Shown: positions 48,980 through 62,411, counted from the whole stretch's first letter. The stretch is 62,411 bases of DNA, filler included, from Sphacelaria rigidula (GCA_964200075.2; 6 parts of 6 records of this genome joined end to end with filler, not necessarily neighbours in it); one strand, 5' to 3'. Notes: generated from the sequence alone by a model not told the origin. Numbers and translations are program-made.

Positions 48980-51369
48980 CGAGCGTTGGTGAACACAGAA
49001 ACACTTCGATCCCCACGCTAAGTATGCGATACTTTGAGAGCGCGTGTGCGAAATGGAATAGCTCTAATACTCAAAGAGCGCAGTACGTATCATCAAGAAT
49101 CGTGGGATGTTGCATCCAGCGAGAGAGAGAGAGTTGGAGAGAATCCAGTACTGACAGCATCTTCGTCTGGATAGTCTTGGGGGATCAACTCCTCTCTCCC
49201 TCGGTACTTGCCGTGCACGTTATGATCGAGCATTGCGTCAGCAATCCCGTTGTCCAACCCCGCCGACTTTAATCGAAGTTCCATCACTCTCTCCAACTCT
49301 CGCTCTCAGTTTTGGGGTGACGTGGAATCAGAAAATTTCCCCCATCATGGTGGCAAAAGCACCGCGACTAGGCAAGAGGCCAACCCCATCTCCCTGTCCC
49401 CCCCCCCCCCCCCCTCCCCCGGATTTAGGACTAAGACTACATCCGTTATTGTACGAGCATGGTCCATACTTGAATTAAATAGTTAACGTCGCGACGGCGT
49501 ACTCAAGTGATTTAGCATGACCGACCACTCAGCACGTGAAGCCGCCAGTTAGTTGAGCTAGTGGCATTGCCGGGCATTGTCAAAATACTTCGAAGGTGTT
49601 TTGTCCATGCCCGGCTGGGGTTTGAGCCCCAGCCATGCCTGGCCTGCCCTGCATATATTGGTATCAAGAGCAAGATCCAACAGGAGTGTAGAAAATCATT
49701 GGCCTCTGTGTTAGCTGGACTTTATTTTGCACGTGACGTTTGGACAGGCATTGCTATTTCGATCGGCGCCAATGCTCTGTGGTCAGTCACACTTTGGTCA
49801 CGCAAACCAGGCTGTGCTACAAGGAAGCAACTCTGACTGAAGGCGATTGATTAAAGGAAGGGATGGGGACCATTAATACACGCCACTTTGTGTCATCGTA
49901 CCTTCCCCTTAATCTCACTGTTTGTTGATTTTTGCGGCTGGAGACGGGTAGTTACGATACTTGAGTGTCATGAACAAGATACGAACTTGTGCTGCCTTGA
50001 ATAATCATGAGAATTGAGCACGACAGGTTTAGGATCCACGGAGTCAAGACTAAAATCATTCCCAAGAAACGTCGTGCTACATGCACATCTGTACAAAATA
50101 GTAAATGTTGCAAAAAATTGAAGCACTACTAGTAGCTCAAGTGAACAGCATGACTCAATGTAAAACCGCCAGGCAGCGAGCGCCAGCATCGTGCGCGTCG
50201 GTTGAAACGACCCCCCTCCCCCTCCCGCACCTCATGCCACGGGCGGAAAACAGGTATCACTTTTCCCTAAAGTTTTCACGGACGGAGTACCCTACACAGC
50301 AATGCAGTAAAACCTATGCGTCACAAATAGCGCGGTAGCATGGTACCGTCAACACGTGCCTCGTTTCGCGGCAGGGGCTCGGGAAAAAATCACGCGAGAA
50401 GGTATCTTCGACTGTGCTCGAAAGAGGGGACGGCAATATCACAAGTGGGCTCGGTGCGGGTAGAAACTTGGGAAAAGTGCTGGGGCTCCACCCGACAAAT
50501 GAGTCTTTTTGTGAAAATAGCCGATCTGTATCGTACGTTATAGCAGTGAGAGAAGCCTGCTATTTTGACGTGTAAACTGGTTTCCTCGACCGACGCTGGG
50601 GCTCCTTCACTGGTCGATCTGCCAGGTGCCAGTGAAGGAGTGGCGTCTACCATGCTCTCCCACAATCTGATGGGGGAATATGTATGGGCCGCTTCAATCA
50701 AAGCAATGTATACCTGAAATTCGTTCATTCAAGCTCCCCCACAATCTATTGGGGCATGTATGGATTGCTTTCATGAAAACAAGTTATACTGGAGATTCGT
50801 CCACTGAATGTACCAACAAAACGTCAGCAATGTCTTGGCTACCCAACATATTGCTGACGAGTTTTTGGTGTTGTGGCGGCTGCACCGCTCCGGCTGTGTG
50901 CGCCGAGGACGCAACCCAAGCTAAAACGCCCACCCTGCCCCCCGGCTGGTCGGAGCGCGCCGCCTGGGGCGCCGCCGGAGGCAAGAAAAGTGCCCGTTTG
51001 AGCTCATGATTGACCACCCGAGATCAGGGTTTTGTGCGCACGAACTTGCTTTTTTACCAGAGAATATGTGAGCAAGAGTTGGAAACTGTATCATATCCAA
51101 TGCTGAGGTGAGCAACATGAAGCGTTGTGAGATACCAAATCGAGAACGCCGCCGTGGACGTATTCGATTCCTCCGACGCATGTTCGCAGGGCACGTCGTA
51201 TGTATGGAGGAACCGAGTGCCAATGCGTGCCTGATGTACCGCAACGTGTGCGTGCAAGCGTCACCACACTGAGCAATGACGACAACACGTGTATATTCTG
51301 TGGAGAACGACATAGCATGTGCAGAAATGTATCGATACACTGGTGCTACTGCTGATAATACCAATGTGG

Positions 51370-51622
51370 GACACTTTCTACGATAGCCCCCCCCCAAAAA
51401 AAAACAGCCCAAAAGCGTCACGAAAAAAATGGCCATACAGCGTCTGATGTCTTGGTTCAGGCTGCATGAGGCGCCTCATATGGGGGACATTGACGAGAAC
51501 GAAGCCAAGCGTGGGAATTCCCAGCTGCTCGTTGTGCTCGACCTTTTCCATTTCAATTTACGTGAAGATTTTGCCTCCCCAAACCAGGCACCTTTTGGGG
51601 GGGGGCTATCATGAAAAATGTC
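51370..51622. mobile_element. GACAC-TIR MITE, inverted relative to 12680-12929
   Basis: GACACTTTCTACGATAGCCCCC...GGGGGCTATCATGAAAAATGTC; flanks GTGG / GTAG fit a 4-bp TSD with one mismatch. Confidence 0.8.
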
Positions 51623-51993
51623 GTAGTGACATATTATATGGCTAGGATATGACATGGTGACATGGGATTGACCTGTATGTCTTGGTCTCAATACACAGCC
51701 CTAAAATGTAAGCGCCCTGCGATCTGCAGCTCTTGCTGCTCATCTAGTACGTCTCGCGGTGTGCACTATCTCGCTCCACTTGCTACTCAAGTATCAAGTA
51801 ATAGTGACGTGCATACTATACTCAAGTACTTATTCGACCTCACACTAAAGTCAAGTAACGTTTCGCCCCGCACTGCAGTCTAAGAGTTATCCGATGGTAC
51901 ACTATAACCAAGGAATTTCCTGGAAGCACACTAACCTCGCACTTGATCACCCCCCCCCCCCCCCCCACCCCCCCCCCACCCCCCCCCCCCACC

Positions 51994-52093
51994 NNNNNNN
52001 NNNNNNNNNNNNNNNNNNNNNNNNNNNNNNNNNNNNNTTAATTAATTAANNNNNNNNNNNNNNNNNNNNNNNNNNNNNNNNNNNNNNNNNNNN
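51994..52093. other. Artificial 100-bp linker
   Basis: N44-TTAATTAATTAA-N44. Confidence 0.97.
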
Positions 52094-52381
52094 GTAGGGA
52101 TGCAAGGTCAACGGTCTGATGGCTATGGCATGCATGATCATAAGTACTCCCCCCCCCCTCCGCATGTTTGGGCTTTCCCCATTGTTACACCCCTTACACT
52201 CTCCCCGTCATTGATCCCCACCCCTTGACTCGAACCGGGGAACGATTTGCACAGTCGACTTTTGCGAGGTACTTCCCACCCGGTTTCAATTTTAGCGGCT
52301 ACTTAGGGGTATATTGACGCGGATTTGTCTATACACACTAGCTGGCCAGCAACGTTCCCTCTTGTTTTCGAGAAACACTAG

Positions 52382-55300
52382 GTGGAGCGACGTGAGCGCG
52401 ATGTGCATGCCATCAGACGGTTTGAGGCCGCCGTAGCTGCGATTTCCGAGGAAATGGAACGTCGGGTGTTGGAGACCAGCTATACTCTGCGGGATGATCT
52501 TGAGGGAATCGAGCAGGCTGTAACAGTCACTCGTAAAGAACTGGATGACGATGATCGCCTCGTTGAGGGTGACATGCCATACGTTGAGGTGAGCGGCGGA
52601 AACGCCCTCGTGAGGGGAAGGGGGGGGAGGGGAGGGACGTACTCATTTGTTGCTTGCCTCAGTCGTTTGACCGTGAGGGGGAGAGGAGTACTCATGATCT
52701 TCCGCGACAAAGTACATGGACCGTATGCCCGACGCCCTAAGAGGGTGATCAACTCTTGGCATCTGACTCGGCTACGGAGTATGTTTCCGAGCGCTGCTAT
52801 ACTTGGGTCGTCTGGGGTCGAACACTCTCTTCGACGCGCACACCTCACGACTCTCCACAATGCGTCTCGTCCTGCAACGCGCTCCTCGGCATACAGGAGA
52901 TGTGGTCGAGTCTACATGCACAATGCTCTAGTAGGTCTACTTGCATCAAGGTGTTTCGAGAAGGGTTAGAAAGAATAGAGCGATTGAGATCGGAAGAAGT
53001 GGGCAGAGAGCTCAGGCGGCTCGTGGACGATATGGTGGCGATCGCGTTTCGGATGCCGGACGAGGTGGAGCGCATCGCAGAGGTATCTAATTGAGTTTTT
53101 TACAACGATTTTCGGGTGTAACTAGGAGGCTAGGTATATGCTACTGTAAGGTTTTACCGCTGACAGGCGATCCCGCGTAAACGCAAATGTGTACTCGGAT
53201 ACTGAATTCCTTCTGAGTCGGGGAAAGCTTCATTTTGTTTGTAACGACACCGGGTTGTCACTCGACTGAGATTTGGGACAAAGAACCCACCCTGAACGCT
53301 TCAGCACCGCCAAACATGTCAGGTTGTCAGAGCGAGAGACCGTGCTTCACATAGTCGCATGACTACCGTGCACTTCATGTGCCATCGTGGCTCTAGCTTT
53401 CGGTGCGTATCACACGCCGTGGTTGAAAATGGCCGCAGGGCAAAAGCGATCTGCGTAGCAGCTGATGCTACCGTCTCGTTCTCTCTATAATTCTTCTTCT
53501 CTCTCCGTTAGGAGTATGCCGCGGAGCTGAATAGTGTGCTCATTAGCAACCGCCTAGCGCATGCAGAGCTCCTCGCAAAGATGGAAAAGGACGATTTCGT
53601 TTTCTCCGTAAGCATCCGCAGGTGGGTGACAGGAAAGCGTGTGAGATATTGTGAAGGTCAATTATTCCTAACTGGACGGTAAGCAAGATACCCGTTGTTC
53701 ATGGAGTACCAACCCGCAACAAGTCCCTTTTCAAGCGGATGTGCTGTTATAGGTGGCCGAGGCAATGGATATCATTGATCCCTGAATACACCACAATTTG
53801 TACCCAAAACCGCTTGCGGTTTCATGTTTGGGCCGCATAACTCTGTACTCCTATGTTGAAGATTCTCGCACGTAGAAAACACCGCACGTACTTTGCCCAC
53901 CCCCTCATCCCCACCCCGCTTTGCCGCGCGAAACAATACTTTCCCCTCTAATCTTTAGGGCCTGGGAGATCCGGAGAGAATCGTGGCGCCGCTTGCGGCA
54001 CGGCCGCGCGTTGGGATACCTTCGGGCAGATTTGACGGCACCAAATTTCACCAATCCTTGTGAACGGGTGGCTTTGTTTCGAGATTTTAAGAATGGACAG
54101 ACTTTGCGCCATGCGAGGAGGGTTGCTCTACTGCAAGATCTCTGTTCCAGGCGTCCGGGGGCTGAGAACGAGGTAAGGTAGTACACGCTCCGAAAAAGAG
54201 CCGTTTTCAGGTATGTGTACAAGCGACTCACTATATTGGTGTTCGAGGTGTAGCTATTCGTTCCAGTTCTCGCTGTAGTTCTTTGAGAAGATGTATCAAC
54301 AGCACGTGTAGCGTTTGATGTTGGTTTTAATTCTCGGGTCCAATGGACGCCGACAAGACATGTGGTAAATATGCTGGCGATCGCGGTCGCACACTTGTTA
54401 AGTACAGCTTCTGGGGCTGAGTTCAACGCGAGAAGCACTCGAATGTTGGATCTTGCGTATACGTGAGCAGAATGTCCTGGAAACTTCCGCCGTGTCAGCG
54501 ATTCGAGAGGCATACACCGCTCTCCACGGCGAGGAGATAGCTGCTATCTTGGGCGTTCGCGACGGTCTAACTCATATCACGTAAGTCAGTTTTTCGAACG
54601 TTGCGCTGTCACGGTGTGAAACTGATTTCGCGATACGATTACCAGCTTCGGCACCCGCGGGGTCGAATACATATCGCACTTTTTCGCCTGGTGTTCATTC
54701 TCCGAGGTCCTTCTCAGCCTTCATTCTTCAAGCTGAGGCTTCAGGCTGAGATGAAAGGCGTATTTTTTCAACGTGTGAATTGACCGTTGTTAAAGTCATG
54801 GCCGAATGACCCGCACTCACTTACAAGAGCACATCGAAGTCTACGCATTAGCGTACTGAAAAAAACCCCTTGGCATTCGATATCACAACAGGAAAATTAA
54901 ACAGGGAGAAGGGGAGGTGCGTCGAGAAGCCATACGTTCCGAGCTGCACCAGTACGGTGCGCTGTCGGCCGAGCCTGACTTGGAGGCGTGTTGTGTACAG
55001 CTGGAACGTGTTGCCCACAACCCAGCTTATGAAGATTTCTTGAGGAAAGCCAGCGGTTTGAAACATGAGCTGATAGGATTGGTGCAGGTGAGGAAAGCAG
55101 CGGGAAGAACGAAGAGCTCGGGTGAGGATAGGGACCATATTGCCATCCGGCTTGTCGGAACGGTTTTTGCTCCCAATCAGGCGTCTTCGGGAGTTGGTCA
55201 CGTAGAACTTCGCCGGAGCCAAAATCCAATAGATCTGGGTGGATACGTACATCGCTTCTTCTGCGGATGCTGTCTGCACCGAAGGCGGGATCAATCTGGC

Positions 55301-58300
55301 CCTTCTACAGTTCGCCAAGTATTTTGATTCTCAGCATTGTCATAACCGAAAGTTTTCCACTCCTATTTGAAAGCTCCCTGATTGTACAACAATATGTAAT
55401 TACCGTTCAGGGTATGCGTAGCCCGGACATAATCTACGAGACACCCTTGTCGGTCGCTGTGGAGAGGACGGATCTGGTGCTATGTGGAGTTGGTCTGGAA
55501 AGGTGCGAAATAGTACACCCAGCCCGCAGCAAACAATTTCACCCGTTCTGCTGAAAATGAAGCTGCTCGGTTCTATCGTGATCACTTGTGATTGTTTGCT
55601 GTGGTCTGGGGTGCACCATGCCGCCGCCACGCGAGTTCGAGCACACGCAATGTCGCCTGAAGACATGCTACGCGAGTGCTCGCAACTCGCGCATGAGTTA
55701 GTCATTCACGTGAGCGTCGTCACCAATCACTATCGATAACCCTTGTCTCCCCACTGTTGCGCGGCGGGACGGGAAACGAGCAGTGCGCTGGACAAACAGG
55801 GTAAGGCGGGCATGCGGCGAGCGATCATGGATTCCGTGGAACGCCTCCGGAAGGCAGCAAAGAACGATATTCCATCAGCGCTAGAGCTTCTTCAACGGCA
55901 AGCAAGCGATCTTTCCCAGGTACGTTCATTGCTGGGGGAATGTCTCCAGAGGGAAGTGATATGCTCAAGATCCGTCATTTGAACGACTTCAAGTTGAAGG
56001 TTCAAGTTAGCGGTTGATGTTCAAGTCAAACGTTGGGAGTTCACTTGACCGTTGAACGTCCAACGACTTAACTTTCTACCAAAAAAAATGAACCCCGACG
56101 TTGAAAGTCGAACGTTCAAGTTTAACGCGAGATTCGACTGTAGGGTTTGACACGAAGGTTCAAGTTTCAACTTTGAAGGTTCGAGTGAATGTTGAAAGTT
56201 GAAATCCCAAAATTGAACGTCGGAGACTGTTCTTGGAGCTTCGAATTTCAAGTTATTTCCCGCATTCAAGTTGGAAGTTCAAATTACACCGCTGGGTCAA
56301 TTTGATAGTGAAAGCTAAACGCATCCAAACTAAAACTTTTTTCTCATCGAAGGGAAAACTCGAACGTCGCAAAGTTTAATTTAACCCTTTCATTTGAAGC
56401 TGTTGAAGTTTGAAGTGTGGGTGTACCTTGAAGGTCGACTTAAAGGCGCCATAAGTTGAAGGTTCCCGCTGAATTTCGAATGTACAGTGAGATTCGAAGT
56501 AAACCTCCACCTTTCAAATTTCAACCTTCACCTTTCAAATTTCAACCTTCACCTTTCAGCTCTAACGTCCAGCTTGAATTCGGAATTTCTAATTTCAACC
56601 TCTACCTTCCCGCTCTAACTTCCGGCTTGAATTTGGAATAATCGGGACCGCCCGAACCCCAGCAATCGGCAAAGGTATATCATACACACTGAGGATGAAA
56701 CACCTATGGTCCTGGTAGCTGATCCTCACAACCCACCTATTCGCTCCCCATCGTTGGATAATACCAGGTTCCCGAGCTTGACTCTCTATTCGTGCTTGGC
56801 CTCGAGCGCGCTGTGGAAGATATTGATCGCGTGCTGGGCACAATTGAGCGACGAGGGGGAAACAGTACGTCCGGGGGGGGGGCGCCATCGGTGGGAAGCC
56901 GGGTTTCCAGGGGAAGCAGAATGTCGAAGGGCACAAAAGGCGATCGAAGGCACGTCCGGTGGCGGCGTTCTGTTACGTGCTAAACACGACTGTACATCGG
57001 ACACATGACCCTAACTCTACTGTACGTCGCACGTAGTATTAATAAGGAACTATGTGTAACTTCCTTTTCTCCCTAAAAATTGTGATGCCACGGGATGACG
57101 CAGTCGAGGGAGCACATGTGGCAGCAGTGCTGGAGGGACTCGTAGTGGGCGGAGCTCGGGAAAGCAAAGCAGGGGTGGGGGCTGGGACTGCGAGATAGAT
57201 ATTGACATGATTCAGGTATTATTTCGAGCTTCTATGTAGACTTTATTTTCGTCTAATCTCACGGATAAGATATTGCTCACGAACCCCGCAAAAAGGCGGA
57301 GGGCCATGAAAGATTGTGTACCGAGGTCGACACGTGGATATCTCAAAGACGGCATTTCATATTTTCTTTGTCACTTCTTCGGAAGCTGAATTCGATGACG
57401 TGGCAAACATACCACCACACCATCCTCTCAGAGGCAAGTAGTATGATAGATACATTGTGCAACTTCGCCGTGAAACTACGTGAAATCAGGTACGCGCAGT
57501 GCAGCGCCGGCTGGGCATGTTTGCGAGCGTTAGTGACCTGACCGACAAGTTCAAGGAAGAGCTGCGAGGTATAAGGACAGCGCTTGAGCAGCAACGGGCC
57601 TGCAACCTCGCAGTCGATGCTGTCGTGGTCGAGGAGGTAATGACCAGCTCAAAACAGCGTACAGTTTTTGCATACGACGTATATGAGCGTGAGATGTTCT
57701 GTGCTGCTATCTGATGTGAGGCACCGGCAACAGGATGAAAGGAGGGCGTTGCGATGTCTCCAGGTTTCCAAGCATACTGATCACGAAAGAAATTTCTGTA
57801 CTGTGTACAATATACATAACGTAAGTCCCTCGGCACACTATCAACGCCCAGCCGCGATCACCCCTGTGTATGTACAAGGCTGATCAGTTCATCTCACGAA
57901 CGTCGATTGCTTCAACGGTTAGGACAAATCATCACGACTCAAAATCACCAAATTCACGATTCCTTCGGCCTGATTGCCCGAAAGGGAGAAAAACGTTGAC
58001 TGCTGGTCCAAGGTGTATCCACGCAATTTTTGCGCCATTCCACGTGTCGGGGCTGCGTGTACCTGGGTTGTAACGCTGAAAACAACGCCTAGGGATTGAT
58101 TCGTGCGATTCGAATCAATTACACTAAAATCAAGTAACTTCCAGATGAGTCATTGATTTGTCCGACCCTTGATTGCTTCCATTTGTCGGACGCGAATATC
58201 GCTTCGCCGTATCGCCTACAGGCCAACGGGGAGCTGGATGCACGTTTCTCGGAGCATTCTCAGCTGCTGGACCTCTCTATCCGCGCAATGGACTCGCATG

Positions 58301-61300
58301 CGCTGGGGTTGCACACCTGCGCGGAGCAAGTTTGTTCATTTTTCGCTGCGGTGGCCATGGAGCTTGAGACTCATGAAAGTACGGAGGTCGCGATCGACGA
58401 TGCGGCAGAAGCGCGGGTGAGCGATGTTATCAGCTTGGCTGGAGATCCATCCCGGGTTGAACAGAAGACCGACGTGATGAAGCAATCCTCGGATCCCAAT
58501 TGTTGTGGTAGTGCAGTATCGCTTTCCTGACGACGCCACCAAACACCGTCAAGTCTTCTACGAGCATGAGTCGACGGGCAGTCTCGCGCGTTTCTATAAC
58601 CACCCCACGTCCCTGTATTTGGCTCTCCCTGCCGCATATTTCTGTTTCCCGATATTCCACAATGTACAGGATAACCCCAAAGCCTAGCCCGACCCTCACC
58701 GATACCCCTGCACGATATTACACGCAGATGTTCGAATGTAAAGAAGACTTTCGACTGGCGGACGAAGATCGAGAAGAAGCGGTGAAGGCTTCCACGGACA
58801 GGGTGCGCATGGCGGCGGACGAAGAGGAGTTGGAGGTTTCCTTTGCCAAAGCCATCAGCCTCCTAGATGAGGTGCGTCGATGTGCAGAAGCAATCGATGA
58901 ATCCCTCCGTTTTTCCCCCGTCCCCCCACCGCACGTTTGTTCAGCTTTGATGTTTTACGCCTCTGAATATTTGGCGGAGTGCCCCTACAAACACGCGAAC
59001 ACTTGCGCATGGATGCATGGCTTCCTGGCTGCCCCATCGCATACGTTTCACGTACTGGCGCTCGGAAGGATATTTGCCAGTAACCCCCCCCCCCTACCCT
59101 ACGACTCTAGCGCCGGAATGTTGGAGGTGTCTTTACTAGGAGTAGGAACAGTGCTCCGTCTCGAAACGGGTGCGTGATCAATGGTCGAACGACTAAGGCA
59201 AGCAACAAATGAGTACGTCCCCCCCCCTCCTCTCACGACTCTTCCTCTGCGTCCCGCCAATCGTTTCCATGTCGACACCACCCTGGATTTTGTAGGTCGA
59301 AGAGTCTTACCGAGAATATCACAAGATAGCGTTTACCGCGGCCACGGTGCACCCTTTCCAAGCGACAGAGGAAGCAGTGCGGGTACGTGCTGCTATCGCT
59401 GCTCTTCTCGGTCTCCGCCCGCCTCCTGATACAACTGCGACATCATCTTTATCATCGGAGATCGTAGGGGATGAGAATGGGGGAGACGAGGTGGACACAG
59501 ACGGGGGAGATGAAGGAGGGGGTACAGCCGAGGAAGACGAGCGGGAAGAGGACCTCCAGGTGTGAGTGGAAAACATGGCACTTGAAGAGGGAAATTCAGT
59601 GGTGACGAAGGGTTGGCTATATTGTATGCCTTGTGGTTGGACTTTTTTCTGTTGGGAATTAACTGCGGGTAGTCTGGTGTCATCCTTTTGCCAACGAAAG
59701 AAAACTCTTCACTCTGTGATAGATGGACGCAGTCGTTGTCGAAGTCGTTGGGAAATTCTGCACCACCCTCATGTTGTGTTTCATCGACGGCCTCGCTGGC
59801 TCAGCTCTTCTGATTTCACGCTTTCGTGCTGTGTGTGAACATCCCCCGGATGGACACTTTACACCTCGAGCAACGGAGCAAACGGTCCAACAGAAGAAGA
59901 AATTCCGCTCGTACCCGCCATCCGCTTTCTCCGTCCCCCCCCCCGGGATCGAGCAGGATCCTCTTTCACCGCCCAGTACCGCGTCACTGCTTTCTACCGC
60001 ATCCAACCGCGTACTCACTGCAGTCCAATCAGGCACAGCAAGAAGGTGCAAATGAGGACGCAGAAGAGTCTGACACGAGGAGGTACACGCCCCCGCGGGC
60101 GGAAGGGCAGGAAGACTCAATGTACGATGTTGAGCAGAGCCCGGACGAAATAGCCCAGACTTTACTGGAGTACGTTCCTGGTGGTTCTGAAGAAGATGAA
60201 ACCAGCAGCACGGATAGCCTCGATGGCGATGGAGATGCTGAAGGTGGGCGGTCGCTTACACACGGGGGATCAGCGAAACCGGTTCAAACGGATGAGTGGA
60301 GTCTGCGAAGCGGAAAAACCTTGTGATCAAGGAAATTAACCTCTGGCCTGCCGGGCAACAAACTACCCTGTAAAAGGCCAAAACTTTGAGTGTTTTCAAC
60401 AATAATTAATGATATAAATAGTGTTCTAACATGATGCACGCGAAAATATACATTTATATAGTTAATCTTTCACTGTCTGCCGTTGACCTGCACGCTTCGC
60501 TCAAGAGCCGCGCAGTGTGGAGACTGCGGGAGAAAGCGTGGAAGTCAGCACCGCTCCTGACAGTGGTAATGGAAGCGGGAAGGCCGGAAAATCACGCGGG
60601 AAGGGAGAGAAATCGGCAGGGTCGAAACAAGCAAATGTGGATCCAGCGGAAACCACGGACGAGGTAGACGTAGCTTCTTTCTGGAAAAAAGGTTTCGTAC
60701 CGCTCGATGAGAAACAAATGCAGGAGCTGGAGTGCGAAAGGGGCAAAGGAGCCCTACAGGACTACTTAGATCTAAGGTGCGGTGCGGGGTTCCCGCCCAT
60801 GTTCACTCCATCGCCCTTCCCTCCAACCCCCACTCTTGTCCACTGCTCACCCGTCCACCGCTCGCATCCACGATCCACACGCACAATCACCGAGTTCACT
60901 GACTACCCTGACTTCTCCGTCGTTCCCGTTTTATCCCTGTTCGATACGTCAGAGATCGCCGCTTCCGCATTCTCACGGCGCAAGAATACGAAGACTTGCG
61001 GATCAAATGCGAAGCAGCTGCCGCCGCGCGCGTTCAGGCTCGAGAGGCAGCAGCAAAGAAAGCCAAGAAGGGTGCTAAGAAACCGAAGAAGGGAGCAGCA
61101 CCCCCACCGCCAGACGAAGTAGAGATCGATCCACCTTCCGCGCTCGAGATATACGATGGGATTAAGAGCGTGGTGGAGGAGCACTCGAACATGAGGCAAG
61201 AAGAGCGGGCGCGGGAACGCGAGAGAGCGAAGCTTGTGCCGAGGGACCCTGATGGAGAGATGGTCATGGAAGAGGTTTGTAGCAGGCACTGTGCGTTGTG

Positions 61301-62411
61301 TCGTCCAGGAGTGGTGTTCATGGTCAAGGACCGGGAGCGTACGTTACTTGTGGACAAATTCTTTGGTGATGCGTTATCGTCAAGACGGAGCATTATTTTC
61401 AACTCTCCATAGAGCGACCAACAATTGCCGATCATGTCTTCCTAATATTCGCCAACGGAGGCAGATAAAGGTGGCAGGGGCGGGGGTGGTGGGGGCACGG
61501 AAATTACGTTCAACTTACAAGTTCGTGCGGGTTGGAAGTTCTCATGTTGTGTTTCGGCCGCCTGCGGTTGATGGTGCTCTGATGTGTTCAATTAGGTTGG
61601 TTCGCCCGCAATGTAAGGTTGCTGTGCTACATGTTGGAGCAGCCCGCGAGGTCAAATCCGCCAAGCTGACTCTGTCGCTTGAGAGCACGTTAGCGTCTAC
61701 CCTCAAACTTTGTCGAAAACTCATTAGATGCCACAACACCGACACGCACACATAAAATATAATACCTTGCATACCATTCTCAACGCAGGTATGGATGTCC
61801 GTTGACGATTTGTCGAGTATGCTGCATTCGCTTCGCGACGACTTGGTAACGAGAGTCGAAGCAAGAGCCAGAGCTCGTCAGGTGGAGACGACTACTGTGT
61901 GCGCAGAAACGCAGGAGATCTTAACTGAGGAACTCGAGGAGAGGCTCAGGAAACATTGGCCGAGAAAAGGGAGAACTGAGGTATTCACGAACATTTTCCC
62001 CGAGTTCTTCGTGGCTGTTTCTTGTACCGCTCCGATTGTTTGCATCATCACTATATTTCGATTCTTCTTCACACCATTCCAACTTCCCGTCGAGAAAGAT
62101 ACGTGTGCACATGTATTGGCAGCGTGGAGTGGAATGCGGGCGTAACACAGCGGTCCCGAAGGGCTCTCTCATGCAACCATCGTCGGCCGGAAAACGGGCC
62201 CGACGCGAATGTCTTGAATTTGTTCAGCGGTAACAGCCGAGTAGGCGTTGGATGAAACGATACTCGATATAGGCATGAAGCCGTACGCAACTGTCGCTTG
62301 TGTTGCACTACTAGGTAGGGTCACGGCAGCCGAGAGAGGGAGAGCTCGGAGCTCATCGTCAGAGAGCGCGAAGGTTGGTCAGAGAGGCGTTTCATGAACG
62401 GCACGGGAGGG
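52382..62411 (+). CDS. CCDC180: Coiled-coil domain-containing protein 180-like (DUF4455/DUF4456 type, cilia-associated); 19 internal exons, open at both ends
   Basis: Phase-consistent exons: 52382-52588, 52897-53082, 53512-53621, 53959-54172, 54471-54580, 54892-55087, 55411-55502, 55784-55919, 56768-56949 (GC donor), 57104-57215, 57490-57636, 58222-58416, 58728-58871, 59296-59559, 60033-60243, 60506-60776, 60953-61274, 61789-61980, 62315-end. Motifs LNSVLISNR, WRRLRH...PNFTNP.ER and EELEERLRKHWPR resemble CCDC180 (recognised from memory, not searched). Confidence 0.78.
55975..56636. repeat. Intronic degenerate TTCAA/TTGAA-rich repeat block
   Basis: Dense TTCAAG, GTTGAA and TTTCAA motifs; 21-bp tandem ACCTTCACCTTTCAAATTTCA at about 56503-56558. 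Confidence 0.7.
59112..59230 (+). mobile_element. LINE 3'-end fragment between C tracts
   Basis: TAGGAGTAGGAACAGTGCTCCGTCTCGAAA...GATCAATGGTCGAACGACTAAGGCAAGCA matches 38340-38430; C runs at about 59084-59094 and 59219-59227. Confidence 0.75.

Noticed and set aside
50880..51009. GC-rich stretch encoding LPPGW (WW-like start)
   Set aside because: The rest of a WW motif and convincing splice sites are missing.
54151..54156. GC donor AG|GCGTCC in the CCDC180-like gene
   Set aside because: The GT donor at 54173 plus exon 54471-54580 keeps the frame without it.
5100..57300. A common feature at the centre of each fragment
   Set aside because: The midpoints (about 5160, 15580, 26000, 36420, 46830, 57250) share no motif that I could see.
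155..62308. Most 60-200 aa ORFs in the supplied track
   Set aside because: They are antisense or off-frame shadows of exons, read-throughs into introns, or chance frames in repeats.
2092..62411. Clustering of two putative flagellar genes as a functional locus
   Set aside because: They lie on different artificially joined fragments, so linkage cannot be inferred.

Overview
This window is not one locus. It is six fragments of almost identical length (1-10319, 10420-20738, 20839-31157, 31258-41575, 41676-51993, 52094-62411; each 10318-10319 bp) joined by identical 100-bp N44-TTAATTAATTAA-N44 linkers. The fragments share several repeat families, so they probably come from one genome. That genome is eukaryotic, intron-rich and repeat-rich, most likely a brown alga (Phaeophyceae; inferred from gene structure, a GGAIY/FxxNxA repeat protein, flagellar genes and TTAGGG-like motifs). 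Four spliced plus-strand genes could be rebuilt exon by exon with consistent phases: (1) the 3' part of a coiled-coil and Myb/SANT-like protein ending in ELD* (possibly DNAAF1/ODA7-like); (2) a POMP/pectin-lyase-like repeat protein; (3) a B-box plus multi-WW protein; (4) a CCDC180-like coiled-coil protein. Fragment 2 holds the 5' half of an intact-looking Ty1/copia element (570-bp LTR, half-tRNA-iMet type PBS, gag-protease-integrase ORF). The rest is mostly non-autonomous TIR, foldback and retroposon-derived repeats. No clearly new protein system could be demonstrated. The best leads are an ~80-nt structured module shared by different repeat families, a C-tailed LINE/SINE-like family that appears to target G/C tracts, a copy-specific inverted arm next to the copia insertion, and a high share of GC-AG introns (4 of 35). 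All alignments and folds were done by eye.
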